A DNA stretch of 22,368 nucleotides from Tubiluchus corallicola (lineage: Eukaryota > Animalia > Priapulida), in contig JAQGDQ010001885.1 of assembly GCA_030141605.1 (NCBI GenBank), positions 1 to 22,368 on the forward strand, written 5' to 3'. Both the position numbers and the translations under genes were made by a program. Positions 11,852-22,368 of this stretch are shown here, piece by piece. The notes beneath the pieces were generated by a model. That model worked only from the letters and a program-made list of their open reading frames with translations, had not been told where the DNA came from and made no database searches. Positions within the stretch are counted from its first letter, which is position 1. Each line of letters starts with the position of its first letter.

Positions 11852-12126
11852 GTTCAGACGGTTTAGACGATAACACAAACGAGGTCAACGGTAAAAATGA
11901 AGATTGGTTTATGTTTGAAGATCCGGGCGAAATCAGCAGATACAAAAAATACGACGATTATGGACACTGGCGATTTGGCCGAAGTGACCAGAGCATGAGG
12001 TCAGCACAAAAACGATTTGACGATTACGTACTGATATGGCTTCACTACCCTTTTAGCATTTTAGCTCTTTCTCGTGATCTCTGTAACAAAGGTTGTAACT
12101 TTTTCCATGAATCAAATAATTCATGA
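11852..12126 (+). CDS. SK: Sulfakinin precursor, second coding exon; native to ~12028, then a chimeric tail read from the inverted arm
   Basis: Encodes SDGLDDNTNEVNGKNEDWFMFEDPGEISRY-KK-YDDYGHWRF-GR-SDQSMRSAQ-KR-FDDY. DYGHxRF-G is the sulfakinin motif, and FDDY after KR matches the start of Drosophila DSK-I (FDDYGHMRFamide). After FDDY the frame reads antisense-derived VLIWLHYPF...NNS to TGA at 12124-12126. The spliced product would be 141 aa. Confidence 0.9.
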
Positions 12127-12200
12127 TCTTCATCAAGGTGTGGCGCTGCTTGTATACAAACTAAAGCTGCCAAAATCACCAGCAGTACCAACCAGTTCAT
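12045..12200 (-). pseudogene. SK: Inverted, truncated copy of the first sulfakinin coding exon (51 aa, no mature peptide)
   Basis: Same protein MNWLV...KMLKG with one synonymous change seen (GCC/GCA). An extra G at the donor region gives AAA GGG TAG (stop), and there is no downstream peptide exon on this strand. Confidence 0.85.
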
Positions 12201-12345
12201 TTTATGTCCTGAAAGGTAAAATAAAGTACAATTCTGTGCACAAGTTAAAGGACAACTATACACAATCTTAAATAATGATGATGATGATGATGATGATGAT
12301 GATAACGACGACAATGATGATGGTGACAATGACGACGACGACGAC

Positions 12346-12394
<49 letters not shown>

Positions 12395-13889
12395 TCTTTA
12401 TGAGCCTCTTTTTGCAGGCAAACGTATATGTACACACATTATACAATTTTACCTAGACACTATACAGAGTGAATTCCACAATATTACATCTAGGCATTCT
12501 GTAATTAGCTTTTTTAATTTGTGCGTATAACATCATTTACAGTGATGTTAAACAAGAAGTATTGAAGTGCGTGCTAAAATCAAGGTTATTAATGCAGCAT
12601 GTTTCCTGTGAGGTAACATAAAAATGTAGATAAATTAATATACCAAATTATTAAATTCGAAATTCAATATCTAAATCCACAATCAGTAATCTCAAGAATT
12701 ACACAAATTTAATCCCTATTTTACTAAAAATTAACAACAAGATCTTAAAATGATCTTAAACTGCCCAGTCTTAAACTGTACGTCAAAGCACTTTGAAATA
12801 TTGAAACAGAACCTACTATTTTTTCAAGAATGACTTACGTGAAAGAATTATTACCACACAAACACGATTTCACGTTCGCGCCACTAGTTCTTCGCTGTTA
12901 CATGCATTTCGTCATTCGCTAGTGAGATGGACACTAGCGCTTACATTTCGGAAACGCATTGCACAAAAACAGGTGCTGTACCCTTAAGTTCAGAGGTGTT
13001 AGTTTGTGGTGCACTGCACACGTTCGGTAGTTCAAGCGTGAGCACAGCGGTAAATTAAAATTTGAATTTTTATCTTAAAACTTGCCTAGTTTTAGTACAA
13101 CAAACTAAATATCGTACAGTAGCACTGTACTTCAATTTTCGTTTTCACAAACACGTGTAACACGCTCGTGGAATAGTTTTGCTGTTGTAAACTATGTTAG
13201 TTTGTGATGTCATCAATAGTTGGGCACGCACGCCGTTAACTGAAATTTTAATCTATTATTTAATCATCAGTATTAATATTGAAAAAATAATATGCTTCCT
13301 TTCATTAGTTTAAAGGGTAAATTGTTTTGACTTGCAGTTTAAGATTAGATCTGGTTTTGCTTTAAAAGAGAATTGTTGGAATTTATCTTCTTAGCTTTTT
13401 ATTTACAATATGTATGTATTATGTAATATTTTCGACTGATGTATCAATTGTATGTATGAAGAAGTATGAAGGTAATTGCTAAGACACTAGAATACAGGTA
13501 GAATACAGGTGAGCTTTATTTATATAAATCATTAATAACACTATACATTTATACATTGCCCTCTCTCTCTTTCTCTCTTTCTCTCTCTCTCTATGAAGAA
13601 GTTCTGAAGGTAAATGCTAAGACACTAGAATACAGGTAGAATTTAGGTAGAATACAGGTGAGCTTTATTTATATAAATCATTAATAACACTATACATTGC
13701 TCTCTCAGTTTAAGTCACAAGCTTACTCAATGATCTCTGAAACCCAACTGCACAGGTAAGTTTTTTCCATGAAGCAAGGAAGCCAGCAATTCTATGAAAG
13801 GTAAATGTTATGCATACTCTAGTTCAAGGATGAAAGTTTAGACTGTATATGAAGAAATAGACTTATTTTATAGCTGAAATTTCTTGTGT

Positions 13890-14350
13890 GGGATTTTCAA
13901 TGTTTTAACAAGAGAATGTAATAATATGACTAATGATCATAATTAGTAATAGATCATAGGTCACATTTATGCAAAACAAGGCATCATTGATAAATCTTTA
14001 GAGCTGATGTCAACATAGCACAATCTATTATCTTTCATCCTACCATTTCCACTAACACATCCTTCTACCCTTCCTGTGTGATCTAACCTTTCTCCCAGTT
14101 CTTTTTTTGTTCACTCATCCATTCTTTTTTATCAGGTTCACATGACAGTGGGCTTATACAAGCCTTTGCTTCTCTAGCCCACTGCAGTACAATTATTCTT
14201 TTATGATAACGATAGTGTATGAAACATAACAATTTGAGACAGTAGATGTAATAATTTTGATGTCACTGTGTGCTTAATGTCATTATATTGTACTGAATGT
14301 GATAATAATAATAATAAATAAAAAAAATAAATAAATAAAAAAATAATAAT
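13890..14350 (+). mobile_element. Possible degenerate LINE (L2/Crack-type) 3' UTR
   Basis: Stem-loop CAGTGGGCT-tatacAAGCcttt-GCTT-ctct-AGCCCACTG at 14146-14184, followed by a (taa)n/aaat-rich tail at ~14303-14350. Mirrored at ~7960-8420. The family assignment is from resemblance only. Confidence 0.35.
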
Positions 14351-14652
14351 TAAGAACTAATAAAAAATAAGATAAAGAAATCGTGAGCTTCATGACAGTA
14401 GGATGTATCATTTCTACGCTGAAGTAACAAGTAATCTCATCTGATCCGTGATTCTTACAATCTTTGATTTTGTAGCTGAATCAGCACGTTCTGTATACGA
14501 ACCGTTCATGTATGTTTTTAACCTTGCTTTGAGATATACAAATGTTAGAGAAATGTTGCTGCAATCATTTAGTGTAAAGTAAAAAGCTTAATCACTCATA
14601 CTGTGTACATAGTGTCTGCAGAATTCCTGTAGGTGTCGCATTATATCGTTAT

Positions 14653-15068
14653 ACTTATTATGTGTACAAATCATTTTTATAAGAAAAATAGTTAAACGAG
14701 TTTTCTGCAAGGCTGGTTGCCGCTAATGATCTGCAGCATTTGCTCAACTGATATGAGCTCCCAGCAAAATTTTTAATTAAAGGAAAGATCAAGTCATTCT
14801 GTATGGCGGATTTATTTTACTGTTATCACCTAAACTGTTTGTGGTGTGCTAAAGGAAAGAACAAGTCATTCAGTATGTTGGGTTTATTTTACTGTTATCA
14901 CTTAAACTTAGAAAAATATAACAAAGAAATTTACAAAGAACTGCCTATAAAGCATATAGTTAATTTATACTCTCGATGCACAGAAATGTGTAGGCGTAGT
15001 GGTTGCTGTCATTCACTTGAAAAATATGACATCACTGGTGGACACTTTTCGTAAGCACATCGTCGCTT
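14653..15068 (+). mobile_element. Interspersed repeat, copy C (mirror of B)
   Basis: acttattatgtgtacaaatc at 14653 equals window position 1; same internal deletion as copy B. Confidence 0.75.
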
Positions 15069-15071
15069 AAG

Positions 15072-16558
15072 AATGAAAGAATGACACAACGTCACTGGTG
15101 GGAAAATGACACAACATCACTGGTGAAAGAATGACACAACGTCACTGGTGGAAAAATGACACAACGTCACTGGTGAAAGAATGACACAACGTCACTGGTG
15201 GAATAGTAACACAACGTCACTGGTGAAAGAGTGACACAACGTCACTGGTGAAAGAATGACACAACGTCACTGGTGAAAGAATGACACAACGTCACTGGTG
15301 AAAGAATGACACAACGTCACTGGTGGAAAAATGACACAAAGTCACTGTTGAAAGAATGACACAACGTCACTAGTGAAAGAATGACACAACGTCACTGGTG
15401 AAAGAATGGCACAACGTCACTGGTGAAAGAATGACACAACGTCACTGGTGAAAGAATGACACAACGTCACTAGTGAAAGAATGGCACAACGTTACTGGTG
15501 AAAGAATGGCACAACGTCACTGGTGAAAGAATGACACAACGTCACTAGTGAAAGAATGACACAACGTCACTGGTGAAAGAATGGCACAACGTCACTAGTG
15601 AAAGAATGGCACAACGTCACTGGTGAAAGAATGACACAACGTCACTGGTGAAAGAATGACACAACATCACTGGTGAAAGAATGACACAACGTCACTGGTG
15701 AAAGAATGACACAACGTCACTGGTGAAAGAATGACACAACGTCACTGGTGAAAGAATGACACAACGTCACTGGTGGAAAAATGACACAACGTCACTGGTG
15801 AAAGAATGACACAACGTCACTGGTGAAAGAATGACACAACGTCACTGGTGAAAGAATGACACAACGTCACTGGTGAAAGAATGACACAACGTCACTGGTG
15901 AAAGAATGGCACAACGTCACTGGTGAAAGAATGGCACAACGTCACTGGTGAAAGAATGACACAACGTCACTGGTGAAAGAATGACACAACGTCACTGGTG
16001 AAAGAATGACACAACGTCACAGGTGAAAGAATGACACAACGTCACTGGTGAAAAAATGACACAACGTCACTGGTGAAAGAATGACGCAGCGTCACTGGTG
16101 AAAGAATGGCACAACGTCACTGGTGAAAGAATGACACAACGTCACTGGTGAAAGAATGACACAACGTCACTGGTGAAAGAATGACACAACGTCACCGGTG
16201 AAAGAATGACACAACGTCACTGGTGAAAGAATGACACAACGTCACCGGTGAAAGAATGACACAACGTCACTGGTGGGAAAATGACACAACATCACTGGTG
16301 AAAGAATGACACAACGTCACTGGTGAAAGAATGACACAACGTCACTGGTGAAAGAATGACACAACGTCACTGGTGAAAGAGTGACACAACGTCACTGGTG
16401 AAAGAATGACACAACGTCACTGGTGAAAGAATGACACAACGTCACTGGTGGAAAAATGACACAACGTCACTGGTGAAAGAATGACACAACGTCACTGGTG
16501 AAAGAATGACACAACGTCACTGGTGAAAGAATGACACAACGTCACTGGTGAAAGAATG
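15072..16558 (-). repeat. 25-bp tandem satellite, mirror copy
   Basis: Unit acacaacgtcactggtgaaagaatg. The distance between flanking anchors (1498 bp) is the same as in the left array. Confidence 0.98.
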
Positions 16559-17161
16559 GTTGCACCAGTTAAAACCAAATTCGTTCGTCTTAGTGCCCAA
16601 ACTCAGTCGAATAAACTTGAATTTGTCTCTGTATTGGCCCGCACTGTTGGATGTACTAATGTCCACTCATGTGTCCGGTTGTCCTCTAATTTCCACGAAA
16701 GCTTGGTCAGTTGGCCTTTCCTTTAAAATGCCACAAATTCTCGTTGACGTTGTAAACAGGCAAACATGGTAACTTGAACATGCAACAAGAAGAAATAGCA
16801 TGCCGATTACACAACCACAACAACTAATCAGAAATGCGCAACTGCTCCACGTAGTGTATGACTATGGACGGAAGGCGAGAAGGCGTTCTTTGCTTAGTGG
16901 ACTAAACTTTCGTAAACTTGTTTAAACAAGTTAAAATGTCTGATACCAGTTGAAGTAAATTGACAGGCTCCATCATAAACTATTTCAAACTTCATAGAAG
17001 TTATATAAAAAAAATTATATTTTATATTTTTTTATAATTTATCTACATAAATTATAGAAATTAAATAACTGGGACTTACTAACAAAAGAAACGTTAGTAA
17101 GAATTAGATGCAATAAAATATGTACAGTTTATATACATAATAATTTTCAAGCCAGTTCTAG

Positions 17162-17900
17162 AAATTACAAAATTCCCCTCAATCCAGCATTAATAACCAT
17201 ATTTGTGCCTCAGGCCACAAAGCTGATTTTAATTATTTCAGCATTGTGACCAGAGCTACAAATAACTGGGACTTATTAATAAAAGAAAGTTTATCTATGT
17301 ACCCTAATAAGCCTTCTCTTAATGTGCAAAGCAGTTCAAATCCTTTAACTTTATTTTCAAACACTTAACTCTTTCTTACTGTTAATTTCTTTTCTACTGG
17401 TATTTTTATTCAATACCTATTTGGTTTTTGTAAATACATAATTAGCGCATAATTTACTGTATCAATTTCGTTACTGGTCTGTTTATTCATTATCTGTTTG
17501 GCTTTTGCAAATACATAATTAGTGCTTAAGTTGCTGTATCAATTTCTTTACTGGTCTGCTTAATCATTACCTATTTGGATTTTTGTAAATACATAATTAG
17601 TGCTTAACTTACTGTATCAATTTCTTTTCTACTGGTCTGTTTAATCCTTACCTATATGGTTTTTGTAAATACATAATTAGTGCTTAAGTTACTGTATCAA
17701 TTTCTTCACTGGTCTGTTTATTCATTATCTGTTTGGCTTCTGTTAACTATTTAATTTCTGCATAATAAACTCTGCCTATATAAACTGATTGTTTGTTTGT
17801 AAATTTACCACTGATGACGACAACAGCAGGAGCTAGTCGAAACGTTTGGCATAATTTTAACTTTTAACTTTTTCATGTAAAACTTTTAATAAAGTTGTCT
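17162..17900 (+). mobile_element. Penelope-like retroelement 3' fragment (GIY-YIG C-terminus, repeat-containing UTR, hammerhead, AATAAA)
   Basis: 17162-17368 translates to KLQNSPQSSINNHICASGHKADFNYFSIVTRATNNWDLLIKESLSMYPNKPSLNVQSSSNPLTLFSNT*, matching the S-I-x-x-H...GH...F...IKESL...PSLN pattern of Penelope GIY-YIG C-termini. It is followed by TATATAAA (~17777), a hammerhead core and AATAAA (17888). Confidence 0.8.
17808..17849 (+). ncRNA. Minimal type I hammerhead ribozyme motif (Penelope type)
   Basis: CCA-CUGAUGA-C-GAC(aacAGCaggaGCUa)GUC-GAAA-CGUU-UGG. Both core boxes are present, with stem II GAC/GUC plus AGC/GCU, stem I CCA/UGG, and palindromic AACGUU in place of stem III. Confidence 0.75.
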
Positions 17901-18466
17901 TTTTTTAACTCTAAATATAAATTTTTGATTGAAAACTGGGTTGAATATCTGTGACGTAACTGAACGAAATGACAGACAAGAGCAAGGTGTTAAAAGTTAG
18001 TTTAACAAATCCATTTCCGTTTCCGCTACTACTTGAGGCACGCATTTCTGACCTGTTAATTTCCGTTTGTTCATTTTATCATGCAAGTCTGAGTGTTTCG
18101 TGAAGAATAATCGTTTTCACACAAAAGGCGAAATTCTTCAATTGATAAAACCGAGCGACTATTGAAAGTATTTTTCCTGGAAAGTTGTGTTCAGTGATCA
18201 GTTTGTGCAAGGAATACCTCCTACACACTTTTGGATAGGAAAGTATTGGGGGGGGGGTTTGGTTTGGTGGTGGGCGGAGGTAAAAGTGTTAAGCAAAGCA
18301 TTTTTTTGTTGGGGTGGTTTTTGTTTAAGTTAATAAAATTTTGCTGAGAGTTATTTGATCTGTTATAATTTTTAATGTTTCACACAAAAGATAAAAACTA
18401 CAGACTTTTGGATAGGAAACTATTGAGAGGAGGGGGGGTCAGCCTTTCTGCTCTGGAATAATTTAA

Positions 18467-18921
18467 CCCTTTCATACCCGTTGTATCCCGTGGGATACGA
18501 GAATATTTTCTGCCTTTAAAATTAACAAAATTTTAAAACTGACAGTTATTTGATCTGTTAATAGTTATTTTGATTTAAGCCAATAACAATAGACTAAAAA
18601 TGGTGATAAAATGGCAAACTAGAAAATCTACATAGCATGAAAAATTGCTCAAGGTACAGTACTTTAGAGACGACTTTGTATAGATCAGCATAGCATGCAT
18701 ACTAAATGTCTTAAATACTTTAATAAATTATCAGCAGTTGCAAAATGAAGTACATTTTATGCTTCCATTGAATCCCAATGTATCCCGTGGGATACAGACT
18801 ATATTTAGCACGCGGGCACAGGTAGAAAAAATAATTATGTGTAAACAAGCTGGACATACTGAACAAAAGTACCAAACCAAAAAATTTTTTCTTATTAAAA
18901 AATAATTTGGGACTGAAAGGG
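18467..18921. mobile_element. piggyBac-like non-autonomous element, mirror copy
   Basis: TTAA-CCCTTTCATACCC ... GGGACTGAAAGGG-TTAA. Confidence 0.8.
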
Positions 18922-19410
18922 TTAAGTCTCTATACTAGGAATATGTAGGATGTTCGCGCATTGTTGATTATAAGTGGGCTTATAATTTCTTAATAATTTA
19001 AAGTCCTTAATAATTTGATCGCTAAATTGTCACCAAAAACTTTAAAAAACGTGAGAATTGGGTGCGCGAAGGAACTCCAAAAATTGATGCGCCGTTTGCA
19101 CTTTTGTAAATTTCAGAAATTTAGGGTTTTAGGAGATTAAAATCAAAAAATTTACTACTTTGTGGTTTAAATGTCTAGATTTTTGTTTCTGAAAAAGGGC
19201 TTTATATAAAATGTCTGGAATGAATGAAATACGTTGTGTCGTTTTCTTCCCCGAGATTACCCTACTTTTGGCTCTTGACTCCTGATTTGAGCGCGTGACC
19301 AGGCTTCTGTGCCCAACTTTCCAGAAGGCTTGGCCTTTCCTTTTAAAGCCAAAATACGGGCCAAATCCAGGGTTTGCAGAATTTACCATTCATAAGCCTG
19401 GAAATGGAAC

Positions 19411-19779
19411 TAGGGGTGAGCATTCTCTACTAGAAAGCGAATTCGAATCGAATCGAATTTATGGCTTTCGAATTCGAATTGAACCGAACCGATTGTCATA
19501 GAATCGAATTCGAATTGAGATTGAAAGATTTTCGAACAAGTTTTCGAAGCGCCAGTCTCACAAAGATCTTGCATATTAGTCGATTTTGTTCTGCAGTAAA
19601 ACCACTAATAATTTGTTTAATTATGCTAATTATGCTAATTGCAAAACTAAATTATGCTAATTGCATGATGTTTCAAACGTTTTAGTGATCAGGAACATGT
19701 GTGACTGAAGTGCTGAATTATTCGAATCTATAGTTTTAGGATCTAATTATTCGAATCTAACGTTCGATGCTCACCACTA
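19411..19779. mobile_element. hAT-like MITE, mirror copy
   Basis: TAGGGGTGAGCAT ... ATGCTCACCACTA. Confidence 0.65.
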
Positions 19780-20209
19780 ACGGAAACATGCTGTGTTAAT
19801 AACTATGAAAGAAACAAATGTGCGTCGAATTGAATCGGTTTCTGCCACATCCACTAAAGTTTAATTTGCAAGTTTTAATGAAACTGTTGCCGCTGCACGC
19901 AACGCGCGTGGTACCCCGTCATTTCAATTTAAAGTTTTTTTTACCCGCTCTGCAATTTACACCTGCCAGTAAAAACTAATTTATTTTTATCATTTCAGGT
20001 GTAGCATAGTTTCGTGTGATGCAATAATCATGCAACTTGCTCAAATGAATTTTGAACTTGGCAAAATTACAAGAAGTTTCTCACCATTATAAATGAACTC
20101 TTTGCAGCTGCTTGGCTGCTGTAATTACATCAAGTAGAGATGTACTTTGTTAAACTGCATTTTTGTCATAGATTCAGCAGTACTTTCATTAGCAGCTTTA
20201 TTAATTACT

Positions 20210-20885
<676 letters not shown>

Positions 20886-21569
20886 TCTAGTGAGCACACC
20901 TTAGTTTAGTGAGTACACCTTAGTTTAGTGAGTACGCTGCTTGGCTGCTGTAATTACATTAAGTAGAGATGTACTTTTCTTAAACTGCATTTTTGTCATA
21001 GATTCAGCAGTACTTTCATTAGCAGTTTTATTAATTACTAGCAAATGACGTCACGGAAAACAAATTTTTATGCGTCCATATAGCGCCACCAACTGGAAGA
21101 AAAAGGAATCACCATGAAAAAAGGTTTTTTCCAGTTTTTATTTTTTTTTCATTAAAGGAAAACACCATGGAAGAAAAAAATCACCATGAAATAACGTTTT
21201 TTTCCAATTTTTATTTTTTTCATTAAAGGAAAACACAAGTCCTCTAGGAGGTGAGACTTATTTTAATGTTCGAGAAAAGTGTTAAAATAATTTAGTAATA
21301 AAACTGCAATAAGCATCTCGTGTAATTAGTAAAATGACTTTAAAGTCGCGATCACTTCATGCTTGGACAATCCTATTTTCAATGCCCATTCTTCTTCCAA
21401 TGACGTCATTCGTTTCCTGCTCCTATTTTCAAAGCATTTCTTCTTCCAATGACGTCATTCGTCTTGAAGAAATCTTACTCAAAAGTAGAACAAGTTTTTA
21501 CGAAAAAACAATTAAATAGCTAGTTATGTAATTTTTTTGCGTGAACATTAGGTAAGCTGCTGAAGCTTG

Positions 21570-22368
21570 AATTAGTTTAAGAAACGCGCGCTCACGGAAA
21601 GCATGATGGCTCGGAAAGCACAAAATCACGAAGTCTCCCAGTTACGTCATGATTTTCAAGTGAATAGCAGCAACCACCACGCCCGAAAATTTCTATTCAG
21701 AGGTGGAATATTTTTAAATTTATGCTTTATAGGCAGTTCTTTGCAAATTTCTTTGTTATATTTTTCTAAATTTAGGTGATAACAGTAAAATAAACCTAAC
21801 ATGCTGAATGACTTGTCCTTTTCTTTAACACACCACAAACAGTTTAAGTAATAACAGTAAAATAAACCCACCATACAGAGTGACTTGTTCTTTCCTTTAG
21901 CACACCACAAACAGTTTAAGTAATAACAGTAAAATAAACCCACCATACAGAGTGACTTGTCCTTTCTTTTAGCACACCACAAACAGTTTAAGTGATAACA
22001 GTAAAATAAACCCAACATACAGAATGCGTTGTTCTTTCCATTAATGTAATAAGAAAGGGGATAACATAAGTTAGTTTTACACATTTTAGACATTATAACC
22101 ATCAATTACACCCAAAGAAAATATATTTAGGCTGTAGTACAACTCACTTAAGTCATAAAACCCAAGGTTTGAGTTAACGTGTAAATCCGTCCTAAATCAT
22201 GTAACGCGCCATCGGCATACTGAGTGAGTTGTTTTTTCCTTTAATTAAAAATTTTGCTGGGATCTCATATGAATTGAGCAAATGCTGCAGATCATTAGCG
22301 GCAACCAGCCTTGCAGAAAACTCGTTTAACTATTTTTCTTATAAAAATGATTTGTACACATAATAAGT
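21570..22368 (-). mobile_element. Interspersed repeat, copy D (mirror of A)
   Basis: Reverse complement of 1-800. Confidence 0.7.

Noticed and set aside
18248-18280. G-quadruplex / telomere-like G-rich run
   Set aside because: A single short irregular tract with no telomeric repeat periodicity and nothing to support function.

Overview
AT-rich, repeat-rich eukaryotic DNA, probably from an arthropod given the sulfakinin gene. The whole window is one giant inverted repeat: left arm 1-10262, unique spacer 10263-12022, right arm 12023-22368, and the first and last bases are reverse complements. The axis runs through a sulfakinin neuropeptide precursor gene (+ strand; coding exons 10087-10237 and 11852-12126, phase-1 GT-AG intron). 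The first peptide (KK-YDDYGHWRF-GR) is intact. The second is cut at KR-FDDY by a fold-back junction at an inferred 6-bp microhomology (ATTACG), after which the sequence is the reverse complement of the gene's own 5' half and upstream region. Each arm carries the same repeats: a family with 72-bp internal units (4 copies in total), a (CT)n block inside a ~105-bp direct duplication, a hAT-like MITE, a TTAA piggyBac-like MITE, a Penelope-like retroelement 3' fragment (GIY-YIG C-terminus plus minimal hammerhead ribozyme), a 25-bp satellite of about 59 units, and a possible LINE 3' UTR. Most listed ORFs are spurious. Whether the palindrome is genomic or an assembly/amplification fold-back artefact cannot be decided from this sequence alone.
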